In this document: positions 10,601 to 20,473 of the stretch, in pieces | Numbering within the stretch: the stretch's first letter is position 1 | Layout of the letters: each line of letters opens with the position of its first letter | NCBI GenBank assembly: GCA_004764695.1 | Contig: SMSO01000034.1 | Coordinates: 4,278,001-4,342,000, forward strand | Origin: Schizochytrium sp. TIO01 | Taxonomy: Eukaryota; Protista; Bigyra: Labyrinthulomycetes | Length of the DNA: 64,000 nt | Direction: 5' to 3' | Program-made: the position numbers and the translations under genes | The notes under the pieces: model-generated | Database searches by the model: none | The model's input: only the letters and a program-made list of their open reading frames with translations | What the model was told of the DNA's origin: nothing

Positions 10601-13216
10601 ATTACGCTCGTAGAAGCTACCGGCCTTGTCGTGCATCCCACTGTTGGTCAATGCCGTAGCGATGCGATCCAGAAGGTCAGCCTTGTAGTTCTTCTTGTAG
10701 GTGTTAACCACGTGCACGGCCTTTGCTGGACGTCCACCCCGCAAGTAAAGATCAATTGCTTCGATGTACTCTCCCTCACGCTCACGGATGCCAGCCGCAC
10801 GAGCTTCTTGGCCTGATGAAACGAGGTATTCAAAGTAGCTAGTACGCATTTCTTCAGCCTCAGGGTGAGCACGATCCTCTGCAACACGAATGGCTTCGTC
10901 CCACTGATGCAGTGTTTGATACATTTCCACTGCTTCTTCGCTCTGCCCTTGCTCAAGATAAATAAGCTCAGCCTCGCGAAAGTCATGCTTAAGAAGTGCG
11001 AGACGAGCACGCACAATCCAATGATCCTTGCCATCAGTGCCAGTAGCCTTTGCTACCTGCATCCGAGTCTTATTGACTTTTCGCATGTAACGAGCCATGG
11101 AAATGTCGCCGATAGCAGCATAGCTACGCTCGGCTATTTCAAGGCGCCCACTTGCACGAGCGACTTCGCTAAGCTGTTTCCACATTGCTTCTGTCTCTGA
11201 ACGCAAGTCGCCATCATGTGATTGCAACTCTAAAACTCGCATGGCCTTGGAAAGATCACCATCTTCAACAGCACTTCCGAAACCGATGAGTGCCTCGTCA
11301 AGGCAATACACGGCAGTATTGATGCCCTCATCGACGCGAACCTCCGTCTTACCCTCAACCCTCTCAATCTCTTCTACCTCGCCCTGGATGGGGATGATGG
11401 TAACCTTTTCGGGAGCCTCAATGTTGTACCACACACACAAGTTACCCCGGTTCTGGGCAACGACAACATCACTGCCTGGTACCCATTGAACATAGTTACA
11501 ATAGGTGAGAAGCGTGTTTCTGGACTGCTTGTGCACGTTGTACAGGTGCAACTGATGCCTTTTGTCACGAAACAAAAGAATATCAGCACGAGCATTCAAT
11601 TCGAGCCAGTCAATTCTGCTATTGTGGTTAATTGTTGCATCTGCATAGCCCGTAGTCAAGTCCATGACGCGGATTGTGAGCTGATCCAGAAGGTAAGCAA
11701 TCTTCTTATTATTTGGCTGTGTTTGATTGTTTGAGGTCTCTCCAAACTTTGTTTCAGTACTAGAGCCGTACATAGTTGCCATTGCAGGGACATTGTCGCC
11801 AATACCCATCCCACCCATCCCGGCACCAGACCGCGGCGGGCGTTCATTGATTCGAACTGAGACAAGTGTATTACGAACATGCTCTGTGCGGCAGCTAGAT
11901 AGAATCTCGTTACGGCCATACTCGACCATGGCAAGCTCACCAGAAGCATAGATCATGCACACATTGGGGTTGTCGAAAATGTATTTTTCATTGCCAACGA
12001 AATTCCAAGGAACCTCGCTCATCTTGCCTGTTTCGAAGTCACCGCAGATGAGTGTGTCATTGGTGTTAGCAACCAAATAACGATCATCTGAGTACACATT
12101 GATACGTGTGATTTCAAACTCAAATGAGCTTTTAATCATTACACGCTGACCATTACTGATGCGCTTTACAATGACCTGGGACGGTGAGACATAAGTAAAC
12201 TCAAAGGTTCCATTGTAGCGTGTACGGCGGATGCAGGCATCAAAAAGATCAACTGCTCCGCACAGAGTTCCAACCGCCAAACGAGAGCCATCTTGTTTCC
12301 AGGCCAAGGAAGTGACTGTATAATAGTTTGGGATGACTTTGGGCGGCATCTCTTCCCAAGATTCACGCGCGGAACTGTACATGAATACATAAAATGAGTC
12401 GAAGTTTCCGACAACAATACTTTGCCCACTTGGATTACTTGCAGCGACTGTAAATTCTTTAGGTACAATTGCTGTCTGAGAATCATTTGTGGCTGTGTTT
12501 TCCGACGCGTAGTCAAATGTGCGCTGTTCTGTACCGTTTGCGTCATAGAAGACAACGCGGCGATCAGAGCCTGCTGCAAGTACTGAAGTTCCCCACGCCA
12601 GTGCATAGGGCGGACACGAGTGATGGGCGAGCTTTCGGTATGCAGCTCCACCATGCGAGGCAACCTCCTCGAAATTGAAACAGTAGATAGACCCATCAAT
12701 GTGGCCACTGAGAACGGATTTGCCATCCGGTGATGAACAGCAGGCTACTGTGTATGATTCGGTAGAGTACAAAGTTGCCGGTTTATTGGAGCGGAGTTGG
12801 CCTACCTTCACTTTACCATCAGCAAGTCCAAAAACAAGTTCATTAGGTTGACCTACAGGCCAAGTCAGACACGTCACAGTAGTGGACTGCTGAAACTTGT
12901 GACGAATGGATTTCTTGTCGGTCCATTCAAGTCCGAGTTTGTAGACAAATACAATATTGTCTGTCTGTGCCACAGCAAGCTTAGAGGAATCTGGCGACCA
13001 TGCAAGAGCACGTACAAGGTAGTCTTTATCACCTTTAGTCGCAGCCTTGGTCGCAAATTTGTCTTTCCGCTCGCCCTGCTCATCGAAGAGGTAGACAACG
13101 CGGTCCACAGTGACAACAGCCAGACGTTTATTGTTCGGGGACCATGCCATTGCAGTAACCTTTTTCATACCTTGCTTAGAAGGCTCCATGAGCGACTGCA
13201 TCATGGTAAGCTGCAT
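7643..13216 (-). CDS. IFT172: Intraflagellar transport protein 172 (WD40 propellers plus TPR/alpha-solenoid), intronless
   Basis: AWSPNNKRLAVVTVDRVVYLFDEQGERKDKFATK, WSPDSSKLAVAQTDNIVFVYKLG, YVQWVPGSDVVVAQNRGNLCVWYNI, HLKHALYLEDEERFTEAEAEFIKA and LNRYLDLSEAIDEG. Confidence 0.97.
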   Translation of the reverse strand: MQLTMMQSLMEPSKQGMKKVTAMAWSPNNKRLAVVTVDRVVYLFDEQGERKDKFATKAATKGDKDYLVRALAWSPDSSKLAVAQTDNIVFVYKLGLEWTDKKSIRHKFQQSTTVTCLTWPVGQPNELVFGLADGKVKVGQLRSNKPATLYSTESYTVACCSSPDGKSVLSGHIDGSIYCFNFEEVASHGGAAYRKLAHHSCPPYALAWGTSVLAAGSDRRVVFYDANGTEQRTFDYASENTATNDSQTAIVPKEFTVAASNPSGQSIVVGNFDSFYVFMYSSARESWEEMPPKVIPNYYTVTSLAWKQDGSRLAVGTLCGAVDLFDACIRRTRYNGTFEFTYVSPSQVIVKRISNGQRVMIKSSFEFEITRINVYSDDRYLVANTNDTLICGDFETGKMSEVPWNFVGNEKYIFDNPNVCMIYASGELAMVEYGRNEILSSCRTEHVRNTLVSVRINERPPRSGAGMGGMGIGDNVPAMATMYGSSTETKFGETSNNQTQPNNKKIAYLLDQLTIRVMDLTTGYADATINHNSRIDWLELNARADILLFRDKRHQLHLYNVHKQSRNTLLTYCNYVQWVPGSDVVVAQNRGNLCVWYNIEAPEKVTIIPIQGEVEEIERVEGKTEVRVDEGINTAVYCLDEALIGFGSAVEDGDLSKAMRVLELQSHDGDLRSETEAMWKQLSEVARASGRLEIAERSYAAIGDISMARYMRKVNKTRMQVAKATGTDGKDHWIVRARLALLKHDFREAELIYLEQGQSEEAVEMYQTLHQWDEAIRVAEDRAHPEAEEMRTSYFEYLVSSGQEARAAGIREREGEYIEAIDLYLRGGRPAKAVHVVNTYKKNYKADLLDRIATALTNSGMHDKAGSFYERNGQTERALQSYKKGHAYRNAVELARREFPDQVIRLEEMWGDWLVQNKNHEPAIGHFIEANATRKAIEAALNARQWTKAGQLVESFGGDEDSSRPYYKRIATHYHQSQQFDRAEKYYTLAGCEKEAIQMYTDAGQWDAAHELATRFMSSQEVSALYHKQAQTLESKGRYKEAERLLLTVDSVDRAIAMYEKARKFDHMVRLVAAYRKEKLKDTHLRLAGRLEMEGNLRQAEEHFAHAGDWPSAVNMYTANDKWDEAIRVAKYHGGVSASRKVAYQWAKVLGGEAGAKLLTKLGLVEQAIDYAIDDGAYNEALDLAKNSLPARVPEVHLKHALYLEDEERFTEAEAEFIKAEKPKEAIEMYNHQQDWSSAMRVAERYDPASIPDVLVAQAKHAVGLKQFSNAETLFLNAKKPEYALAMFQEHGLWEEAIRFAKMHLPHKLQEVQRAFKEGGSVSVSLAASMGDAPPVNSAPPGPRSPQASGRRSPKAYNPAASRLNAIGGSMSEAIRSAMDSAKIFEDNEEFSKAIDCYLHTGETLDGEASAQPTSEEVDLMVVAWDRGIRLASQHAKDSYGDIVEHVADRLANVGRFNAAGDLYEEVERHEEAVRCYIKAKKWDKARNVAEIAPAYQELVDKAYRKHMRQERNPGELLKMGDFDAAFHLHAEQGDWGKVFQVIDSQEGIPVELGSKYAGEMASRLLEDAPLGEVPVAKLDRSVTMLAKYGTPSGPQHFALFCRLAQEVLGRKQADIKLVNPLNDHGEVKDDSLDGESENVSYEVALRNLREVLFNAIRQRSNSRRLESKSSGESQLQTLERLLLVTHLYRLYYVCVAEGSLELGAKILVALLRFKGDAIPCDKIFYLAGLACREMEWNAKAFAILNRYLDLSEAIDEGELGDLDNADFQDTDIPEPHKNPLPKSQFLSGQAREEIREWILGAAMDSDVAQEPVDQAWLSDVNATVAESTTQLVRMFERGAMPIEEYLMDVRSSYGIH

Positions 13217-14901
13217 CGTGTCAAGTGAACTCGCTTACGCGGCTACTTTGCTTCCTGCCTAGTCTAAAGTTGGGAAACGTAACAGCGTCGTGTCTGGCAA
13301 AGTCTATCGATCCAGACGCTGCGCTTTGTTAGAATTATCCCCTTGACTGAAATCTTCTCTTTGAAGAACTCCAACAAGGCCAGTACGTAAGAATCTGCTC
13401 AACTTCAGGGCTTAGGCAGCTTCACGCTTAAACCCTCACGGGGTTGGTCAAAGTTGATGAAGTTGTCTGCAATCCACAAAGCTTTCCGAGCGAGCGAGCG
13501 AGCACGCGCACCAACCCGCTCGACAACTTTTGGCTTCAGAGCCGTCCAGAGTACGAGTTCTCCTCCCAGTCTCTCCAAGCCTTCATCCCATCAACGCCTA
13601 GAAAACCTCACAATACTATGGCCCATCTCCACCCTCCTTTATATTGCACGCCCCCTTTTACATCATAATATGACCGTTACGACCATCTCCTTTAGGTTGT
13701 AAAATACCCCCTGCGCCTCTGCAATGCAGCCCTCAACGAGGGTGTACTACAGACAGCATACTAATACGCCATTTGTGCTTCCACTCTAACGCCGACCGGA
13801 GGGGCTTCTAGCAGTGCCTAAGTGGGTGCTACTGAAAAGTTGCAAAACAAACAGTCATAAAAAAAAGGAGAAGAAGAAGAAAACTTTACTTTGTGGGATC
13901 GATGACAAACAATCTTTATTTATCTTCACCAGACCCCGTCATCAGAAGCATTGGAGGCGAGATGTGACGACACCGGCGAGGTCTGTGGAGTCCAACGTCA
14001 GAGGCAACTTCTGCCTGCAGGTAGGTAGGTCTGGCGTGGCCAAATTTGGCTCGCTGGCGCGGCTGCTCGGGCGATTGCGCGGTCTATGAGGTGGACTGAG
14101 GCGCCGCTGATTCTGCAAAGCCACAAACAAACTACAGTGCCATGAAAAGGGAAAGCGCCTCCTTCGTAGGAGTTTAGGTAGGCAGGTCTTAGTGACACAT
14201 GTGATGGGAATATAAATAAAACACACACACCAACAGAGCCCTTCTTTGGAGATAGATCATCAAGAGCAGACATGCATCAACTTCAACACGGATGCTGATG
14301 CTTGTGGCAGTGCCATTCGAAGGTTGAGCTTCTGGTGCGAGTTGTCTCGAGGAGGCTACCTCCTGGGTATCTTATCTACCCATCTATTGATGGGAGATCT
14401 TTGGCCTTTTGCGAGGGTTGTATGTAAGCAGTAGATATGGTAGTACCTGATCTGTCTAGCTAGTTAATCTACCTTATGAAGTTGGTGAGAATTGTGAATA
14501 GATGATGGAGAGTCCAGTTCTCTGAAACGCAGCACTAGTATCTTAAGTTGCACAAGGCACTGTGGAGGAAACCAGAACCGAAAAGCACAGCTGGTGCCGA
14601 AAGGACCGCCTCGACTTGGCAAGAAGCACGTTCTCGTAGTTCTGACCAAAGCTACGTAGACAGCAGCTGTCGGAATACTTGGACTGCTTTGGAGGAGATC
14701 GCATCAGCAGCAGTGTCCGAACTTGGAAACCCAATAGGCCTCCTTCTCAAACTCTACCGAGGTAGAAGCAATCGATTTTAATCGCGTGCGAGCAGGGCAG
14801 GGCTTGTCCTCGGAGACAGCTCTACATTGGGAACATTTCACTCTTACAGCGACAGCGGGCCCAAGGTGGTTTGGAACAGAAATACGTCATAAACGGCCAC
14901 A

Positions 14902-16143
14902 ATGACCGCTGCGCGATACCTTGTGGACAGGGTCCTCACAAGCGTGTACGAAGGTGGTGTACACAAGGGAATGAATGTGATTGCATATTCTGGAGGCGTA
15001 GACTCGAGCGTAGTTGCTGCATGCGTGCAAAAGGTCTTTGGGGCAGAACGCAGCGTGGCTGCCCTTGGCGTGTCTCCCTCGCTACCCAAGCGTCAGCTCG
15101 AGCAGGCACGTGAAGTAGCACTTGAAGATATTGGGATTCGTCTGGTAGAAGTGAGCACATCTGAGAGCACGAAGCCTGCATATATTGCAAATGAAGGCGA
15201 AAGCTGTTACCATTGCAAAGTCTCCCTTTATGGGGATGTGCTCAAGGATATCGCATCGCATTTCGGCCAACCTAAGCATCTCGATGACGGGCGAGAGGTG
15301 AGCCATTTCGGCCAACTGCGTCTCTTTAACGGAACAAACAAGGATGATCTGGAGGACCCAACACGGTTGGGATTAGTGGTAAGTTTTCATATTGCGTTGC
15401 ATTTTTAGTATGATATGAATGAGAGACACTTAATTCATTTGTCGGATAACCTTTGTGTCAGGAAGGCGGGTATTAATACTAGTGCTCCTAAGACATAAGC
15501 CAGGGCACATGTGTGTGAGCGCGCGGGGGGGGGGGAGGGTATGAATAAATGTAATTATGAGACTTGGCTTCAGCAGATTTTTCTAACTTTTGTTTTGCAT
15601 GACCATCATATGACGATTATGTCGATATACTGGTATGGAATATGTGATATTTCAACTTTCGAATACGATAACTCTTAGGCTGCTCGCGAATTCAATGTTT
15701 TATCCCCATTGGAAAACCTGACAAAGGCTGAAGTTCGAATTGTCGCCGAAGCACTCGGTTTACGTACAGCGAGAATTGCAGCTTCGCCATGCTTGCGTTC
15801 ACGGCTTGCACCTGGTGTCCGTGCCATTGAAGAGCACTTGGCAACTGTAGAGCGGGCGGAAGAGATTCTTCGGGCACAGCTTAACTTGCATCATAGTGAA
15901 AATCTTCGGTTTCGCATGTTGCGCGGCGGCAGATATCGCGTAGAAGTCGATGCACATCGAGTTGACCTGGCGTGGAGCTCTCTGAAATCTATTGAAGATA
16001 TTATGCACATACCATTGGCCAAGCTTGAGGTAGCCCCTTTCAAGTCTGGTAGTGTTAGCAAGCAGCCTTCGACGTCGCACGATCTTTCAACTACGACCTT
16101 TCTAAAAAGTGTACCCATCGTTCGTAATCGGGGGTCCCTTTAA
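14902..16143 (+). CDS. larE: LarE/TIGR00268-family PP-loop ATP-dependent sulfur insertase; 2 exons (14902-15378, 15679-16143)
   Basis: PP-loop YSGGVDS, CYHCK, GTNKDDLEDPTRLGLV|AAREFNVLSPL..LTKAEVR and ASPCLRSR...VERAE. A phase-0 intron (gtaagt at 15379, ctaac branch near 15583, ag at 15677-15678) restores the LarE motif GTNxDD...RxGxxAAxE..SPL. Confidence 0.88.
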
Positions 16144-18763
16144 GGCTGGTGCAGAATGGCAGAAGTTTCCAGAGAACTTCCGTGTGGGTTGCTCGTACGT
16201 TTGAATCTTGTTGAAGACGAATAACTCGTTTTAACAAAGTTGAAGCTTCCGCATTGCACATAAGCGATGTAGTAATTTGGGCTTCACGGGATGCTGGATC
16301 TGAGTCACCTGAAAAAATACGAGCTGTGATCTGATCTCTGACATCTGCGCTTAAAGAAAGAGCAGAGAGAAAAACTTTGACACCAAAGGAATCTGTGGCG
16401 ACGCGAATGAGTGTCTCATCAGGAAAGCACAGCGCGTTTGTGATGAGCAGCGCAAGACTAGTGTGCTCTTCGGTAGTGCAAGCTCGTTCAAGAGCCTTCT
16501 GCACTACGTAGTTTCCAAACTGATCGCAGGCCGCATCAACGAGGTTTGGTTGCATGATGTGGACGAGAAGAGCAAAGCTAATGTCTGGGCAGTTGCGAAT
16601 GAAAGCGGTCAGAAGCATAGCGCCATGCTTATTAAGACAGGCCTGGCGGAAATACTCAACATCTTCGCTAGTAATTTGCCTAATCAGTGATTCTAAGCTC
16701 TCATCATGCACCTCGTGCTGTAAAAGAAGCAGAGAGAGTGAAAAGTGTGTAAGGTCTCCCCGAAGTGGTGACGAGAATAACTTTTGTAATGTGAAGGTGG
16801 CATTGCGGTCGAGGGCGAGACTACGAACCTCGAAACGCAAACCATCCTGAATAAGTTTAAGATGTTCTGGATCATTGAGAGCGGATATGATTTTTTGCAG
16901 GGCAAATGTGCCTTGCAGATGCTGAGCAATTCGGCTCAACTTGTTCTTGATTTCTTGCAAAAATTGTAGACGATCGCGTGGGCTAAGAACCTCGAAGAGT
17001 TTAGAGATGGCATAGTTCGCCGTTCGATGCATCAATAGGCGGCCAAGCTGCCCTTGCGCTGATACGAAAACTTCTAACGCACTGTGCATTAAGGTTTCAT
17101 ACTCACTGTTATTTGTATGAGACAAAGCGAGCTGAGATAGCCGCGCGAGATCGCCTTGAACAGCTTGGCTTCCCGGAACTGTGCGCAAAGAAGCCGAAAT
17201 CTGCTCACGGCGTGCAGCAGGCAGAAAAATTTCACTTGAAGAAGTGCCTCCCGCATGACCTATATCTGATGCAAGCGCATGGTCGCTGCCTTGTCCATTT
17301 AAGTGAAGACTCGAGGCGCTTGGAGGTGTAAAGTCCGAGTTTGGTGAAACTGTGGAAGAGCTTTTGGAAGCAGCCATCATCGCTGCTGCAGAACCTGGTG
17401 AAGGTCCACCAGAATTCATCATTGTCAGATGAAGGGGTTTCCTGTTTTGCACTCGCGCGAGCAGGTCATCAACATCTAAGGTACCAGGGCTTTCAGGCGA
17501 ACGGTAGTTTCCTTGGAGACGCGCAAGCTCGGCGTCGACATCAAAGTCACTTTGTTGTTGCGTTTGAGACGGTTTGAGAAGAGTTTCTTCTTGAATTCGC
17601 GTCTTTCGTTGACGCGCGACGAGTTTTTCCCGGAGCTCCTCGATGTCATCCTCCAGGCTCTTGGGGCCTCCGCTCACGCTGCTTTCGCTTCGCGAGGCGC
17701 GGCTTGAAACACTTGCAGCTTTAGATGCTTTCCGAAGTTTTGAAGAGCCTAGCACATTAGCGTGTTCGCTAGACGGAATGGACCCTGGCACAGGCGATGT
17801 TGATGGCGAAGGTGCAAAGGTATCAAAAATCTGCAGCGAAGCAAGAGATTCTGTTGGTGGGGCTGAGAAATACGGGTGAGTTGATGTAGAAGATGCAGCA
17901 GAAGGGCTGTTGAAATGAGGTGACATGTTTCCATGCTGAGATTGCTGGTTCTGGCGGTGTTGATGTTGTTGTTCTTGATGCTGATGCCCCATATGGTGGC
18001 TTCTATATCCGGATGGGGAGTCCAGCTGTGAGGATAGACCTAACCCAGGAGGTGGCAAGCGTGATGTAGAGGGCTGGAACGTGTTGCTATGCTGTTGCTG
18101 TTGTTGCTGTTGCTGCTGCTGTTGCTGTGTATGACGACCATCAGGGTGCCCACCTCTGCTCGTGAGATCACCATATGAATCAAAACCACCAACCTGTGCT
18201 GATGACGTGCCCCACAAACCTGATGATGATCCCATCCCTGTGCCCCACGGCGTACTAGTTGAACTCGAACCTCCAAGAGAACCTTCTCCAAGGGAATTGA
18301 AGGCATTTGCAAGTGGTGCAAGAGAATCCACTCCAGATGTGTCAAGGTGCGAAGTCCGAGGCATGTAGTCTAGAGATCCCAAATTCGTGGAAGATGTAGC
18401 AGCACTCCCGAAGTGGTCCATGCCTGGTGGTGCCCGTAATTGTTGTTGGTGATTACGCTGCTGCTGAGTTTTGTGAACATTTTGGTGCTGCTGAAGATCT
18501 TGGTTTTGATGTTGGTGTCGATCGTGTTGCATATGCATATGCATATGCATTTGCATCTGCAATTGTTGCTCAGACGGCACCTGCTGGTCATGCAGATGTT
18601 CGTGGGAACCCTGTTGCGAACCCGACTGTAGTCCAAACATCATATTCTGCCCTCCTCCCATGCCAAACTGTTGCTGCTCCTGCGATCCCAAAACGTGGTG
18701 GTGACCAAACGGGCTGTCTGCGCCCGGCTCGGGCGGCGTCCAGCGGCCCCATCCGCCTGACAT
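16091..18763 (-). CDS. Pumilio/PUF-family RNA-binding protein with a long Q/H/S-rich disordered N-terminus
   Basis: C-terminal PUF repeats: MHRTANYAISKLFE, AQHLQGTFALQKII, ALDRNATFTLQKLF, ACDQFGNYVVQKALE, ATDSFGVKVF. Upstream polyQ and MHMHMH tracts. Confidence 0.88.
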   Translation of the reverse strand: MSGGWGRWTPPEPGADSPFGHHHVLGSQEQQQFGMGGGQNMMFGLQSGSQQGSHEHLHDQQVPSEQQLQMQMHMHMHMQHDRHQHQNQDLQQHQNVHKTQQQRNHQQQLRAPPGMDHFGSAATSSTNLGSLDYMPRTSHLDTSGVDSLAPLANAFNSLGEGSLGGSSSTSTPWGTGMGSSSGLWGTSSAQVGGFDSYGDLTSRGGHPDGRHTQQQQQQQQQQQQHSNTFQPSTSRLPPPGLGLSSQLDSPSGYRSHHMGHQHQEQQHQHRQNQQSQHGNMSPHFNSPSAASSTSTHPYFSAPPTESLASLQIFDTFAPSPSTSPVPGSIPSSEHANVLGSSKLRKASKAASVSSRASRSESSVSGGPKSLEDDIEELREKLVARQRKTRIQEETLLKPSQTQQQSDFDVDAELARLQGNYRSPESPGTLDVDDLLARVQNRKPLHLTMMNSGGPSPGSAAAMMAASKSSSTVSPNSDFTPPSASSLHLNGQGSDHALASDIGHAGGTSSSEIFLPAARREQISASLRTVPGSQAVQGDLARLSQLALSHTNNSEYETLMHSALEVFVSAQGQLGRLLMHRTANYAISKLFEVLSPRDRLQFLQEIKNKLSRIAQHLQGTFALQKIISALNDPEHLKLIQDGLRFEVRSLALDRNATFTLQKLFSSPLRGDLTHFSLSLLLLQHEVHDESLESLIRQITSEDVEYFRQACLNKHGAMLLTAFIRNCPDISFALLVHIMQPNLVDAACDQFGNYVVQKALERACTTEEHTSLALLITNALCFPDETLIRVATDSFGVKVFLSALSLSADVRDQITARIFSGDSDPASREAQITTSLMCNAEASTLLKRVIRLQQDSNVRATHTEVLWKLLPFCTSLKGTPDYERWVHFLERS

Positions 18764-20473
18764 GGTGCTCGGCGAAGAGAAGAGGCTGTTTGCGAGAGCT
18801 CAACGACGCAGGCAGTCGCACTTCGCGACGTAGATACTGTCTACCGAGCGCCGCTACAGCGCCCGACTGAGAGATTAATCAATCGAATGATCGCTCGAAC
18901 AATCGCGAAGAGAGTCTGCGATACTTCATTCATTCCTTTTTTTCATTCATTTCTTTCTTTCACTCATTTGATTGCAATCAATCCATAATCTATTTTTCTA
19001 AATTAAATATTTAATTTTTCTTTAATTCTGGTTTTAAAGAAAGAGAAAAACTATTGTAGGTATACGTAAATGCTATGGTATTATTAGTTAGCGTGCGTAA
19101 TATTGGTCATTTGTTTGTTTCCACACCTGGGCAGCCACTATTCATATAAATGTTGTTTAATATATGAGGGGTGCTTCCGTGGTCGATCTTCTATTGATTG
19201 GGATGTATTGAATATGGCTTAATTTTCTGGCTATTCGGCTTCTGTTTATGATGTTTCTCTTTCTTGATTTATTTTCATCCGAGTCATATGACTAACTTGA
19301 AATTTCCACCAGCTATATAGTCATAATAGTATATAGTAAGTTGAATGGTTGTATTTTGATTTGATATATTTTTAATATTGTTATTATTATTATTGTTGAG
19401 CTCCTTCTTTTCTGAAGTAAATTTGTGAAGTGAAAATGACCTGACGAAGAATGCCATCTGCCAGATGAAGGATAGGATTCATCAAGAAAATGGTACGTAA
19501 CTCGTATCCTTTCTGTTCTTTCAGTGAGCTTTGCTATTTCGCTTCGAGTGTAAATTTTGACTATTTGAGTAGCGGAGGTATAAAATTTTGTGCAAAGTTT
19601 AAGGCGATGAACATTCGCTGGAGAATCAGAGAATGCACAAACTGATTAATTCAGATGAATAACGTTACCTCCTGAGAGACAATTTAGAATGTTGTAGGAC
19701 AGGAAATTTGACGGAAGCTTAAAGCGTTGGAGAAGCGAATGATTCTTGCTATTTTGAAGTGGATGAGGTGGAGGTAGCATTCCGATACAGGAAGAAGCGA
19801 AAGAAGAAAGGAAGGAATGAGATACTTTCAAGGAAATGCATCATGTTCTTCTTTGAGGACCAAATGTTAGTGACCACTTTCGAAATTGCTTGTGGCGCAG
19901 CAGTACCGAGCTTGAACGATGCTAGGAGAATGCTCAAATGGAATCCAGATGTTTTCAAGACCCTGAAAGGGGCTATGCATAACATGCAACGGCGATTGAC
20001 CTCCCCACTGGTTTGTTTTGTTATATGTGGAAGATGAGATTCAGAAGGAGGTAAAATATTAACTACTTTGGGTGCTTTTTTCGTCGTGGCAACTGCCTAA
20101 ATTAAGGTCTTTGCGCTACTAAAAGTTGATCTTTCATGGTCTTGTCTCGATGAAGCTGTTAATTGATTACATTATTGGTAGGTTCTGTTGGCCCACATCT
20201 AGGCCCAAGTAAGATCGGATTATTTTTATATCAAGAGTGAACTTGAAGCCAAGTGCTTTCAAAGAAAGAAAGGTGAAAAATAACAATTGAAAAATACGCA
20301 TCGGAGAGATTGTATCATCAATTAGCATGGGTGGATGGGAACACCACTATTACACACTAACGCTGCGAAAGGGCAACAGAACCTGGCGAAGTATATAGCT
20401 ATAACAACTGGGGCATACAAATATAAATCTTTTGTGGTGTGAGAGCTGAGCCTGAGCACCATGTACAATCCGC

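Noticed and set aside
14902-16143. larE as bacterial contamination or as two separate ORFs
   Set aside because: A canonical intron joins the halves in frame, and the gene overlaps a eukaryotic PUF gene.
19430-20060. Possible small spliced gene (gtacgt...ttcag near 19493-19524; ORF 19759-20037)
   Set aside because: I could not build a stop-free exon chain or recognise a domain.
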